From: Malacoraja senta
Lineage: Eukaryota
Length of the DNA: 64,000 nucleotides
Direction: 5' to 3'
Assembly (NCBI GenBank): GCA_038087875.1
Contig: JAXLNO010000406.1
Span: 1-64,000 of the forward strand
The position numbers were made by a program, and so were the translations under genes. The notes under the pieces are model-generated. The model saw nothing but the letters and a program-made list of their open reading frames with translations, had not been told where the DNA came from and searched no databases. Below are positions 38,001-51,169 of this stretch, one piece after another (within the stretch, counting starts at the first letter, position 1; every line of letters begins with the position of its first letter).

Positions 38001-40703
38001 GGTTAGAGAGGAGATTAACGCAATGGAAAGAAAGGACATTAGCTTGGAGGATGTGGAATCGGTATGGGTAGAGCTGCGAAACACTAAGGGGCAGAAAACG
38101 CTGGTGGGTGTTGTGTACAGGCCACCTAGCAGAAGTAGTGAAGTTGGGGATGGCATCAAACAGGAAATTAGAAATGCGTGCAACAAAGGTAAAACAGTTA
38201 TAATGGGTGACTTCAATCTACATATAGTTTGGGTGAATCAAATTGGCAGGGGTGCTGAGGAAGAGGATTTCTTGGAATGTATGCGGGATAGTTATCTAAA
38301 CCAACATGTAGAGGAACCAACGAGAGAGCAGGCTATTCTAGACTGGGTATTGAGTAATGAGGAAGGGTTAGTTAGCAGTCTTGTTGTGCGTGCCCCCTTG
38401 GGCAAGAGTGACCATAATATGGTTGAGTTCTTCATTAGGATGGAGAGTGACATTGTTAATTCAGAAACAACGGTTCTGAACTTAAAGAAAGGTAACTTTG
38501 AGGGTATGAGACGTGAATTGGCCAAGATTGACTGGCAATTAGTTCTAAAAGGGTTGACGGTGGATATGCAATGGAAGGCATTTAAAGACTGCATGGATGA
38601 ACTACAAAAATTGTTCATCCCAGTTTGGCAAAAGAATAAATCAGGGAAGGTAGTGCATCCGTGGATAACAAGGGAAATCAGGGATAGTATCAAAGCAAAA
38701 GATGATGCGTACAAATTAGCCAGAAAAAGCAGCATACCAGAGGACTGGGATAAATTCAGAGACCAGCAGAGGAGGACAAAGGGCTTAATTAGGAAAGGGA
38801 AAACAGATTATGAAAGGAAACTGGCAGGGAACATAAAAACTGACTGCAAAAGTTTTTATAGATATGTGAAGGGAAAGAGATTAGTTAAAACAAATGTAGG
38901 TCCCTTGCAGTCAGAAACAGGTGAATTGATCATGGGGAACAAGGATATGGCGGACCAATTGAATAACTACTTTGGTTCCGTCTTCACTAAGGAAGACATA
39001 AATAATCTGCCGGAAATAGCAGGGGGCCGCGGGTCAAAGGAGATGGAGGAACTGAGTGAAATCCAGGTTAGTCGGGAAGTGGTGTTGGGTAAATTGAATG
39101 GATTAAAGGCCGATAAATCACCAGGGCCAGATAGGCTGCATCCCAGAGTACTTAAGGAAGTAGCTCCAGAAATAGTGGATGCATTAGTGATAATTTTTCA
39201 AAACTCTTTAGATTCTGGAGTAGTTCCTAAGGATTGGAGGGTAGCAAACGTAACCCCACTTTTTAAGAAGGGAGGGAGAGAGAAAACGGGGAATTACAGA
39301 CCAGTTAGTCTAACATCGGTAGTGGGGAAACTGCTAGAGTCAGTTATTAAAGATGGGATAGCAGCACATTTGGAAAGTGGTGAAATCATTGGACAAAGTC
39401 AGCATGGATTTACGAAAGGTAAATCGTGTCTGACGAATCTTATCGAATTTTTCGAGGATGTAACTAGTAGAGTGGATAGGGGAGAACCAGTGGATGTGTT
39501 GTATCTGGACTTTCAGAAGGCTTTCGACAAGGTACCACATAAGAGATTAGGATACAAACTTAAATCACATGGTATTGGGGGTTCAGTATTGATGTGGATA
39601 GAGAACTGGCTGGCAAACAGGAAGCAAAGAGTACGAGTAAACGGGTCCTTTTCATAATGGCAGGCAGTGACTAGTGGGGTACCGCAAGGCTCAGTGCTGG
39701 GACCCCAGCTATTTACAATTTATATTAATGATCTGGACGAGGGAATTGAAAGCAACATCTCCAAGTTTGCGGATGACACTAAGCTGGGGGGCAGTGTTAG
39801 CTGTGAGGAGGATGCTAGGAGACTGCAAGGTGACTTGGATAGGCTGGGTGAGTGGGCAAATGTTTGGCAGATGCAGTATAATGTGGATAAATGTGAGGTT
39901 ATCCACTTTGGTGGCAAAAACGGGAAGGCAGACTATTATCTAAATGGTGGCCGATTAGGAAATGGGGATATGCAGCGAGACCTGGGTGTCATGGTACACC
40001 AGTCATTGAAAGTAGGCATGCAGGTGCAGCAGGCAGTGAAGAAAGCGAATGGTATGTTGGCCTTCATAGCAAGAGGATTTGAGTATAGGAGCAGGGAGGT
40101 TCTACTGCAGTTGTACAGGGTCTTGGTGAGACCACACCTGGAGTATTGCGTACAGTTTTGGTCTCCAAATCTGAGGAAGGACATTATAGCCATAGAGGGA
40201 GTGCAGAGAGGGTTCACCAGACTGATTCCTGGGATGTCAGGACTTTCATATGAAGAAAGACTGGATAGACTTGGCTTATACTCGCTAGAATTTAGGAGAT
40301 TGAGAGGGGATCTTATAGAAACGTACAAAATTCTTATGGGATTGGACGGGCTAGATGCAGGAAGATTGTTCCCGATGTTGGGGAAGTCCAGGACAAGGGG
40401 TCACAGCTTAAGGATAAGGGGGAAATCCTTTAAGACCGAGATGAGGAAAAACTTTTTCACACAGAGAGTGGTGAATCTCTGGAACTCTCTGCCACAGAGT
40501 GTAGTTGAGGCCAGTTCATTGGCTATATTTAAGAGGGAGTTAGATGTGGCCCTTGTGGCTAAGGGAATCAGGGGGTATGGAGAGAAGGCAGGTACGGGAT
40601 ACTGAGTTGGATGATCAGCCATGATCATATTGAATGGCGGTGCAGGCTCAAAGGGCCGAATGGCCTACTCCTGCACCTATTTTCTATGTATCTATGTATC
40701 TAC
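38001..40703 (+). mobile_element. Young CR1 LINE, 5'-truncated ORF2 with a single nonsense codon
   Basis: 544-aa and 312-aa ORFs in the same frame, separated by TAA at 39655-39657 (CAA in sister copies); (TATGTATC)n tail. Confidence 0.95.
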
Positions 40704-42251
40704 CTCCTCATTGTCCCAAGGAATTGTCCCCTCTGCTTTCAAAACTGCTGCTGTCACACCAATCTTAAAGAAACCTGGTCTTGATCCCTCCTCTCTCATT
40801 AACTACCACCCCATCTCAAACCTCCCATTTCTTTCAAAAACCCTGGCGCGCATCGTCGCGTTACAACTTCATTCCCACCTCCTCGCGTATAACCTATTCG
40901 AACCCCTCCAATCTGGCTTTCACCCCCTCCATAGCACAGAAACTGCTCTCCTCAAAGTCCTCAATGACCTCCTTACCTCTGCTCACTCTGGCTCCCTCAA
41001 TATCCTCATCCTCGTCGACCTGAGTGCAGCCTTCGATACCGTCAACCACAACATCCTGCTCACCAGACTTAGGGACCTTGGCATTGAACGTTCTGCACTC
41101 AGCTGGTTCCGTGCTTACCTTTCCAACCGATCCCCCTTCATCTCTCTCCATAACCACACCTCTGCCACAGCCACTGTCAATCAAGGCGTTCCCCAAGGCT
41201 CCGTTCTTGGTCCCCTCCTCTTCATCATCTACATCCTCCCCCTTGGTCATATACTCCGTCACTTCAACCTGGACTTCCACTGCTATGCTGATGACACCCA
41301 GATCTATCTCAGCACCAAGTCCCCCCACCACCCCCCTCTCTCCCATATCAACTCCTGCCTATCAGCCAACAAATCTTGGATGCAACTCAACTTCCTTAAA
41401 TTAAACAGCAGCAAAACAGAATTTCTCCTCATTGGCTCCAAATCAACACTCACAAAAATTAACAACCCCACTCTCACTATCGACGGCACCACTGTCTCCC
41501 CATCTCCTCAGGCACGCAACCTTGGCGTGATCCTTGACTCAACCCTCTCCCTTGAGCCTCACATCCGCCATGTTGTCAAAACATCATTTTTTCACCTCCG
41601 CAACATTGCAAAAATCAGATCGTCTCTCACACCCCCCGCTGCTGAAAGACTCATCCATGCCTTCATCTCCTCCCGACTGGACTACTGTAACTCTCTTCTT
41701 TTCGGAATCAATTCCAGCAGCATCAAACGACTCCAACTGGTCCAAAATGCAGCCGCTCGACTCATTACCCACACCAAATCCTGGCACCACATCACCCCAG
41801 TTCTCAAAGAACTTCACTGGCTTCCCATTTCCCACTGGATCACCTACAAAATCCTGGTCCTCACCTGCAAAGCCCTCAACAACCTGGCCCCCCCTTATCT
41901 CATTGACCTCCTCTCCCCCTACCAACCCTCACGGTCCCTCAGATCCACATCAGCTGGTCTCCTCTCCACTCCGAAATCAAACCTCAGCACTTTTGGAGGC
42001 AGAGCCTTCTCCAGGGCAGCTCCCAGGCTCTGGAATTCCCTCCCACAACCGGTCCGAAATTCTGAGTCCCTCACCATCTTCCATTCCCGCCTCAAGACCC
42101 ATCTCTTCACCTCTGCATACCGTTAGTCCTATGTTTCCCTCCCCTCTGTCTTACTGTTCTATTTTGTTTTGTTTATTCCTGACTATCAATTGTAAAGCGA
42201 ATTTGAGTCCTGAAAAGCGCTATATAAATAAAATCTATTATTATTATTATT
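40704..42251 (+). mobile_element. L2 LINE, RT domain + 3' tail
   Basis: QSGF..HSTETALLKV, DLSAAFDTV, GVPQGSVLGPLLF, HCYADDTQIY, SRLDYCNS; tail GTAAAGCG...GAAAAGCGCTATATAAATAAAA(TAT)n. Confidence 0.93.
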
Positions 42252-43849
42252 AGAAGAGTTGAATAGGTACTTCGGATCCGTCTTCACAAAGGAAGACACA
42301 ATCAATCCCCCAGATATACTGGAGGACAGAGGATCTAAGGGGGTAGAGGAACTGAAAGAAATTAGGCGAGAAATAGTATTGGGTAGGCTAATGGGACTCA
42401 AGGATGATAAATCCGCTGGGCCTGATGATCTGCATCCCAGGATCCTCAGGCTCTAGAAATAGTGGACACATTGGTGATGATTTTCCAATGTTCAATAGAT
42501 TCGGGATCAGTTCCTGTGGATTGGAGGATAGCTAATGTTATCCCACTTTTCAAGAAAGGAGCGAGAGAGAAATTGGGGAATTACAGACCAGTTAGCCTGA
42601 CTTCGGTGGTGGGAAAGATGCTGGAGTCAATTATTAAATAGGTAATAATGGGGCATTTGGATAGCAGTAAAAGGATTAGTCCAAGTCAACATGGATTTAT
42701 GAAATGGAAATCATGCTTGACTAATCTTCTGGAATTTTTTGAGGATGTGACATGTAAAATGGATGAAGGGGTGCCAGTGGATGTAGTGTATCTAGACTTT
42801 CAGAAAGCCTTTAATAAGACCCCGCACAGGAGACTGGTGACTAAAATTAGAGCACATGGTATTGGGGGTAGGGTGTTGACATGTATAGAAAATTGGTTGG
42901 CAGACCGGAAGCAAAGTGTAGGAGTGAACGGGTCCTTTTCAGAATGGCAGGCAGTGGCGAGTGGAGTGCCGCAAGGCTCGGTGTTGGGGCCGTAACTGTT
43001 TACCATATATATATTAATGATTTGGAAGAGGGAATTAGGAGCAACACTAGCAAGTTTCCGGATGACACAAAGCTGGGTGGCAGTGTGAACTGTGAAGAGG
43101 ATGTTAGGAGGTTGCAGGCTGACCTGGAAAGGTTGAGTGAGTGGGCAGATGCGTGGCAGATGCAGTATAACATAGAAAAATATGAGGTTATCCACTTTGG
43201 CGGCAAAAACAAGGGTCAGATTATTATCTCAATGGGGTTAGGTTAGGTAAGGGGGAGGTGCAGCGAGACCTGGGCGTCCTTGTACACCGGTCACTAAAAG
43301 TTAGCTTACAGGTACAGCAGACAGTGAAGAAAGCTAATGGAATGTTGGCCTTCATAACAAGAGGATTTCAGAAAAGGAGTAAAGAGGTTCTTCTGCAGTT
43401 GTATAGGGCTCTGGTGAGACCACATCTGGAGTATTGTGTACAGTTTTGGTCACCTAATTTGAGGAAGGACATCCTTGTGATTGAGGCAGTGCAGCATAGG
43501 TTCACGAGATTGACTGGAGTATTCACTGGAGTTTAGAAGGATGAGGGGTAATTTTATAGAAACATATAAAATTATAAAAGGACTGGATAAGATAGATGCA
43601 GGAAAAATGTTCCCAATGTGGGACGAGTCCAGAACCAGGGGCCACAGTCTTAGAATAAAGGGGAGGTCAAAGGGGATGGATTTAAGAGAGAGTTAGATAG
43701 AGCACTAGGGGCTAGTGGAGTCAAGGGATATGGGGAGAAGGCAGGCACGGGTTATTGACAGGGGACGATCAGCCATGATCACAATGAAATGCGGTGCTGG
43801 CTCGAAGGCCGAACGGCCTCCTCCTGCACCTATTTTCTATGTTTCTATG
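42252..43849 (+). mobile_element. CR1 LINE, 3' part of the outer nested element
   Basis: Resumes EELNRYFGSVFTKED after GNKEMA at 37763; degenerate RT; TTTCTATG tail. Confidence 0.9.
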
Positions 43850-43899
43850 AAATGACACAATTTCCTTGCTTGTTTACCCTTAAATTATACTGTAAGAAG

Positions 43900-44245
43900 C
43901 ATGGGGGTGGGCAGAGTTGTGTGAGAGAGGGAGGGCAGGGTTATGCCTGGGGGTGGTGGTGGTGGGACAGACAGACTTGTTCCAGAGGAGGGGTAGGGGA
44001 AGAGTTGTGCCAGGGGAGGTGAAAAGTTTGATGGGGAGGAGTGGACAGAGTTATACCAGGGGAGGGGGTGGGGTAGGGGAGAGTTGTACCAGTGTAGGAA
44101 GTGGGGGGGTGGTTGTACATGGGAGGGAGTTGTGGCGGGGCGGGGGGGTTAAGGGGAGAGTTATACCAGGGGAGGGAGATGGGCGGTGGGGGTAGGGGGA
44201 GAGTTATACTAGCGGTGGGGTAGAGAACGGGGGGAAGGGGACATG
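43900..44245 (+). repeat. G-rich degenerate minisatellite (~40-bp unit, GAGAGTTRTACCAGGGGAG core)
   Basis: About 8 units separated by G-runs. Confidence 0.75.
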
Positions 44246-44370
44246 GAAGCTTCACGTAGGCAATACCAGAATTCAGGGTCGAACCGAATTCACCGGAGCA
44301 GCGAAACTAACTGCTGCCAAAATACAAAACTACACAACACGAACAGAAATGCCACACAGCAAGGTCTCAC

Positions 44371-44466
44371 CCGGACTTGGTAAATCTTCTGCTTCTGTTG
44401 CTCTTCCATTTCCTGGATGGCCGATTTATTTGTTGTCAGAGAATGTATGGATGATTTAACCTGATC
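44371..44466 (-). CDS. TRIM gene A exon 2 (96 nt)
   Basis: cccag|GATCAG...GTCCGG|gtgaga; DQVKSSIHSLTTNKSAIQEMEEQQKQKIYQVR. Confidence 0.88.
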
Positions 44467-44549
44467 CTGGGTATCAGAGAGAAAGGGGGTTAGACAATAA
44501 ACATTCAACTATACATTCAAGCAAGTGATCGTAGTCGGTTTGCTTTTAC

Positions 44550-44960
44550 CGTGTAGATTTCAACAGCTTCTTTAATCGATATGAAGCTGTGAGACTTGTG
44601 TTCCTGCGCAGTTACACAAATCACACAGATCAGTTTCTTGTCCGTTTCACAAAACAGCTTCAGTTCTTCCTGATGTTTGTCGCAGTGATGTTTACTTTCC
44701 TTCTCTTCCGTATTCAGGCTCAGTGTTCGAGCTTTCTCAGCCAGACTCGCCAAGGCCCGACTAACCCTGAGGCTGCGGCCTGCAAACTCCTCTCTACATT
44801 CCGGGCAGGAGTTTCTCCCCTCCCTGTCCCAACTCGGTGTGATACAGGAGCGGCAGAAGTAGTGCCCACACTCCAGTGACACCGGATCGGTGAAGAAATC
44901 CAGGCAGATGGGACAAATTGCCTCCTCTGTTAAATTCTCGACGTGCACTTTAGAAGCCAT
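44550..44960 (-). CDS. TRIM gene A exon 1: RING + B-box 2 (intact)
   Basis: MASKVHVENLTEEAICPICLDFFTDPVSLECGHYFCRSC...CPECR...CDKHQEELKLFCETDKKLICVIC...EHKSH; 411 nt like gene B; donor ACG|GTAAAA. Confidence 0.9.
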
Positions 44961-47139
44961 TTTAACTCCTGCCACTTCCTGGTATGAAACTGCTTTCACT
45001 GATTGGGAGCTGCTGCTCCCTTGTGATCCCTCTGTACCGCGAGTGTCTACCGCGCACGCTGCCGTCTCCAGTGCATTTGCTGTGGGGTTTCAGGGTGAAC
45101 GTGTTCTGGGTGACCGTGTCCTGACCTCAAATACCCATGGAGGGTTTAGTGAGATGTTAAACAGACCGGTATATAAATTTGAACGCAGGGAATGTTATGG
45201 GACAGTTTAGAGCAGGACAGAAAATGACATGGCCAAAAAAGAAACTGACTGGGGTGTAAAACAATGGTTAAATATAAACTTAGAGTGAAGTCAAGTCGGA
45301 TTTATTGTCATCTGCACAAGTACTTCGATAAACAGCTGCGATGAAAATCTCATCGCCGTTTCAGCAGCATCACACGCACAAATACTCAGTGCTACACAAA
45401 ATATAAATTAAACACAAATTACAACCACATTACACATAAATTCTGCAAGTTAGTAAAAACAAAATTAAAAAACTGCTCCAAAGACAAGGCACTAATGCAA
45501 AACACAATTAAAAATAAACACGTCCATGGCAGTGCAGGCGGTAGTGCAACTCGTGTGCGTTGGAAATGCCGCACCAGGCCATGATGCGAACAGTCAGGAT
45601 ACATTCTACAGCGCTTATGTGGAGGTTTCTTCGAGTATCAGGTTATATCCCGGAATATCCACAATACGAAGAGACAATCCGTATGGAACAAAGAACAGTA
45701 CGCATAGGAGCAGCCCTTCGGCCCACAGTGTCTGTGCTGAATATGATGCCAAGACCAACTCTTACCTGCTTGAACATAATCTATATCCTTCAATTACCTG
45801 CATACTCACGTGCCTATCCAAAAATCTCTTCACCGCCTGTCTCGTATCAGCCTCCACCACCATCCCTGGCAGCGCGTTCCAGAAACTCACCATCATTGGG
45901 GTAGAAAACCTACCTCGCACATCTCCTTTAAACTTTGCCCCTCTCATCCTATAGCTATGCTCTCTACTATTGAATATTTCCCTCTCGGTAAAAGGTTGTG
46001 ATTGTGTACCCTGCCCACCCCTCTCATAATTCGATAGACTTCCATCAAGTCTCCCCTCAACCTCCGGCGGTCCGGAGAAAACTTCCCATAGTCGGTCTGA
46101 CCTCTCCATTCTCTTAATGAAATCATAATTCTGGTAAACCTCCTCTGCATCGTTGCCAAGTACTTCATGTCCACTTTCACATCCAGTGACTCTATCACCA
46201 TCGACATTCCGGGTGCTCCGAAATAGGTGCGGGTGATGAGGAGGGGAGGGGGGAATGGCTGATGTGAGAGTAGGTGCAGGGTAAGAGCGAGAGGATAAGG
46301 AACAGGGAAATTAGGGCGGCGGTGGGCAGAATTGGTATTCAATGAGAGACGGCTGCGAGTTGAGACACACGGGACTGCAGATGCAAACTGCTGGACGAAC
46401 GTAGCGGGTCAAAGCTATCTGTGGCAACAACAGGTGCGGTGGCGAGGCAGAGATTGCGTTACTGAACGAGTAATCCAGAGGCACATCCAGAGACGCAAAT
46501 TCAAGTGTCTCCACTGCACCTTAAATGAATGATTGAAATTAAATCCTCTCTATCATGCAAATCTCTTTATTAATAAATTAATAAATGGTGGTAGTTGCAG
46601 CTCTTAAAAAGAACAGCGGTAAAATTGCTGCCTTACAGCGCCTATCGCGCCAGAGAGTCTGGTGCTGTCTGTCAGGAGTTTGCCTGTTTACTTGAGTTTA
46701 GTTTGGAGATACAGCCCGGAAACACTATCCTACACTCACTAGGGACATTTTTTACTTTTACCAAAACTAATTAACCTGCATGTCTTTGGAGTGTGGGAGG
46801 AAACCGAAGATCTCGGCGAAAACCCACGTAGTTTACCGGGAGAACGTACAAACCCCGTACAGACAGCATCCAAGATAGAACGTAGGCGTAGACAGTGCTC
46901 CTCTCACCTTATAACTCTGCCCTCTAGTCTTGGACATTTCCATCATGGGAAAGGGGTTCTGGCTCACTGCTATTTTTACTCACTCCATCTCCCCAGCGAC
47001 AGCGGGAACAGTACATCTCCACTGTCACCTCATCCAACCTCACCATTGTGTCGCCCAAATTCTCCTTCAAGACCAAGTGGCGATCAGCGTGTCGCACGGT
47101 CAATTTATTGTTGTCTTCAACGCCCATGTATGTTCTTTT

Positions 47140-47421
47140 TTGTTTAGTTTAGAGATACAATGCGGAAACAGGCCATTCGGCCAACCGAGTCCGCACCCAC
47201 CAGCGATCCCCACACATTAACACCACCCTAGGGACAATTTTGCATTTACACCAAGCCAATTAAACTGCAAACCTGTACGTCTTTGGAGTGTGGGAGGAAA
47301 CCGAAGATCTCCACGCGGTCATGGGGAGAACATACAAATTCCGTGCAGACAGCACCCGTACTCAGGATCGAGTCCGATTTTCTGGCGCTGTGAGGCAGCA
47401 ACTCTACCGCTGCGCCACCGT
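47140..47421 (-). mobile_element. HE1-type SINE
   Basis: Complete head (CACGGTGGCGCAGCGGTAGAG) to (CTAAA) tail. Confidence 0.88.
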
Positions 47422-47729
47422 GTCATTCCATTCATTGTGTTGCCTTCAGTGCCCATGGCTGTTCTCTTTACCAATGTGGAATAACAATGCAGTGGAGTGA
47501 CTGTGCGGAACAAGATCCATGTTCTATCTTTAAGAGTGACCCTGAGCATCCACGTACCTGTCATCAATTCACCATTTCATTCCCACCCGCTTCTCCATGT
47601 CTGGCTTCATGAAATATTCCAACCAGGCTCAACATTTTCAGGGTATCAGCGGTTATGGGAAGAAAGCAGGAGAATGGGGTTGAGAGGGAAAGTTACATGA
47701 GCCAGGATTGATTGTCGGGGTAGATAATA

Positions 47730-48130
47730 GATCTTATAGAAACATATAAAATTATAAAAGGACTGGACAAGCTAGATGCAGGAAATTTTCCCCAATGTTG
47801 GGCGAGTCCAGAACCAGGGGCGACAGTCTTAGAATAAAGGAGAGGTCATTTAAGACTGAGGTGAGAAAAAACTTTTTCACCCAGAGTGTTGTGAATTTAT
47901 GGAATTCCCTGCCACAGAGGGCAGTGGAGGCCACGTCACTGGATGGATTTAAGAGAGAGTTAGATAGAGCTCTAGGGGCTGGAGGAGTCAAGGGATATGG
48001 GGAGAAGGCACGCACGGGTTATTGATAGGGGACGATCAGCCATGATCACAACGAATAGCGATGCTGGCTCGAAGGGCCGAATGGGCTCCTCCTGCACCTA
48101 TTTTCTATGTTTCTATGCTTCTATGTTTCT
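47730..48130 (+). mobile_element. CR1 LINE 3' fragment
   Basis: DLIETYKIIKGLDKL...GYGEKARTGY; TTTCTATG tail. Confidence 0.88.
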
Positions 48131-49171
48131 ATAACTTATGAATTCATGAGCTTATGAACACAAACCGGAGCAACAATACGTTATCAACTAACGGGCATGT
48201 TACATCATCAGAAAGGAACAATAATTCAATATACTTTTGATATAATTACCCAGTCCTTGTGTCTCTCATTCTCAGGTTCCGCCCTCTTCTAATAATGTCC
48301 AATTTCACTCATACTTATAACCCGCGTTCCATTTAACCGCATTCTTACAGATGTCCGTTACACCATTCTCAATCTGATGACTTTAGGACCCACGGGAGCC
48401 CGGAGCTCAGGACCAGGGACGTGCGGTCAGGGGTGGCAGGGGAGGCAGAGCCTCACCTGTCATACTCCCAATGAAAATAGCTGTTAGAAAAGTAAAGAAA
48501 AATAATAATAAAATAAAATAAATATAAAGATTTTTCCACTGATCTGTGTTATAAATGTCATTCCTATATGAATCTAATCATTTTTTACAGTCAAAATGTT
48601 CGCAGCTCCGCAGCAATTACAGGGAGAGATGGGAGGTGAGGCAGCGGCGAGCTGAGCCTCCCCTCTGATTGTGCAACCCCTCATAAACTGCATGGAGCGC
48701 GGGCAATAAGCGTGTGCCTGATACCATCTCTATGTATTTCACCAAAGTAATTATTGTAAACCCCTTCATTACATGTCCTTACCTTCCATAGTCCAGGTAA
48801 CGTATTTCACATATAAAGATATTACATTTGTGCTCGCTGGTCTCACATAAAACTGCATTGAAAAAGTTCCAGGTGAGGCAGCGATCACGTCTCCCTCACA
48901 AGGGGGGCGTGTCTTGAGCCCAGTGGAGGAAGAGCGAGCGTCTATTACGTAGGCTCACGTAATTAACGCTGCCTCATTCTTCCTCCACGTTAGCGAGCTT
49001 CAGCAGCGGCGGCGCAGACCAAAGATCATGGAGCGAGCAAGATACGCCACTTGGGAAGGTAGACTTTGTCGGTACATTAGAAAGTTATTAGATTAAAAAA
49101 AAAAGATCTATAGACAATAATAGACAATAATAAAGTCATCAATTTTTGTACTTCTGTACATTTTTGTTCTT

Positions 49172-50918
49172 GATTGAATAACTACTTTGGTTCCGTCTTC
49201 ACTAAGGAAGACATAAATAATCTGCCGGAAATAGCAGGGGGCCGCGGGTCAAAGGAGATGGAGGAACTGAGTGAAATCCAGGTTAGTCGGGGAGTGGTGT
49301 TGGGTAAATTGAATGGATTAAAGGCCGATAAATCACCAGGGCCAGATAGGCTGCATCCCAGAGTACTTAAGGAAGTAGCTCCAGAAATAGTGGATGCATT
49401 AGTGATAATTTTTCAAAACTCTTTAGATTCTGGAGTAGTTCCTGAGGATTGGAGGGTAGCAAACGTAACCCCACTTTTTAAGAAGGGAGGCAGAGAGAAA
49501 ACGGGGAATTACAGACCAGATAGTCTAACATCGGTAGTGGGGAAACTGCTAGAGTCAGTTATTAAAGATGGGATAGCAGCACATTTGGAAAGTGGTGAAA
49601 TCATTGGACAAAGTCAGCATGGATTTACGAAAGTAAATCGTGTCTGACGAATCTTATAGGATTTTTCGAGGATGTAACTAGTAGAGTGGATAGGGGAGAA
49701 CCAGTGGATGTGTTGTATCTGGACTTTCAGAAGGCTTTCGACAAGGTACCACATAAGAGATTAGGATACAAACTTAAATCACACGGTATTGGGGGTTCAG
49801 TATTGATGTGGATAGAGAACTGGCTGGCAGACAGGAAGCAAAGAGTTGGAGTAAACGGGTCCTTTTCACAATGGCAGGCAGTGACTAGTGGGGTACCGCA
49901 AGGCTCAGTGCTGGGACCCCAGCTATTTACAATTTATATTAATGATCTGGACGAGGGAATTGAAAGCAACATCTCCAAGTTTGCGGATGATACTAAGCTG
50001 GGGGGCAGTGTTAGCTGTGAGGAGGATGCTAGGAGACTGCAAGGTGACTTGGATAGGCTGGGTGAGTGGGCAAATGTTTCGCAGATGCAGTATAATGTGG
50101 ATACATGTGAGGTTATCCACTTTGGTGGCAAAAACGGGAAGGCAGACTATTATCTAAATGGTGGCCGATTAGGAAATGGGGAGATGCAGCGAGACCTGGG
50201 TGTCATGGTACACCAGTCATTGAAAGTAGGCATGCAGGTGCAGCAGGCAGTGAAGAAAGCGAATGGTATGTTGGCCTTCATAGCAAGAGGATTTGAGTAT
50301 AGGAGCAGGGAGTTTCTACTGCAGTTGTACAGGGTCTTGGGGAGACCACACCTGGAGTATTGCGTACAGTTTTGATCTCCAAATCTGAGGAAGGACATTA
50401 TGGCCATAGAGGGAGTGCAGAGAATGTTCACAAGACTGATTCCTGGGATGTCAGGACTTTCATATGAAGAAAGATTGGATAGACTTGGCTTATACTCGCT
50501 AGAATTTAGGAGATTGAGAGGGGATCTTATAGAAACGTACAAAATTCTTATGGGGTTGGACAGGCTAGATGCAGGAAGATTGTTCCCGATGTTGGGGAAG
50601 TCCAGGACAAGGGGTCACAGCTTAAGGATAAGGGGGAAATCCTTTAAGACCGAGATGAGGAAAAACCTTTTCACACAGAGAGTGGTGAATCTCTGGAACT
50701 CTCTGCCACAGAGGGTAGTTGAGGCCAGTTCATTGGCTATATTTAAGAGGGAGTTAGATGTGGCCCTTGTGGCTAAAGGGATCAGGGGGTATGGAGAGAG
50801 GGCAGGTACGGGATACTGAGTTGGATGATCAGCCATGATCATATTGAATGGCGGTGCAGGCTCGAAGGGCCGAATGGCCTACTCCTGCACCTATTTTCTA
50901 TGTATCTATGTATCTATG
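49172..50918 (+). mobile_element. Young CR1 LINE, 5'-truncated
   Basis: Nearly identical to 38958-40703; one frameshift and one nonsense codon. Confidence 0.93.
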
Positions 50919-51169
50919 ATCTTGTAAGGCAGGAGTCTCCAAAATATGGCCCGCGGGACACATCAACCCATCACGAGATTTTACCATCTCAGATTCGAGT
51001 CGGGGAGCGCGGCGGCCCGTGCTGCTCTCAGTGTTGTTACCGGTTAGATTCCTTGAATTGTCAGAGCCGAGACATCATTGGGCCGCCGTGAAGAAGGGTG
51101 CAATGGTGGGGTGGGGGGTTCGGCGGCGGTCAGAATGGGACGGCTGCGGGTTATAACGTGCCATCGTAC

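Larger units (their letters stand above)
23526..44960 (-). pseudogene. TRIM gene A (whole span): paralog of gene B with a disrupted C-terminus; pseudogene or RBCC-only truncated TRIM (284 aa)
   Basis: Exons 44960-44550, 44466-44371, 35929-35696, 33090-33068, 32974-32857, 24056-23526, all GT-AG. Exon 5 is 118 nt (gene B 119), giving TGA at 32886-32884. Exon 6 has two 1-nt deletions and an in-frame TAG (23606-23604). Confidence 0.8.

Noticed and set aside
40621..40703. 501-aa ORF as a domesticated RT gene
   Set aside because: Its N-terminus is a CR1 3' UTR fused by chance to the interrupted L2 frame.
38001..40703. Autonomous active CR1
   Set aside because: 5'-truncated inside the endonuclease, lacks ORF1, and has a nonsense codon.
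40894..41925. Antisense ORFs over L2 and CR1 elements
   Set aside because: Shadow frames of biased LINE coding sequence; no independent motifs.
44961..44999. Upstream GTG starts for the TRIM ORFs (also 55126)
   Set aside because: Artefact of the ORF caller; both paralogs align from ATG-MASK with a 411-nt exon.
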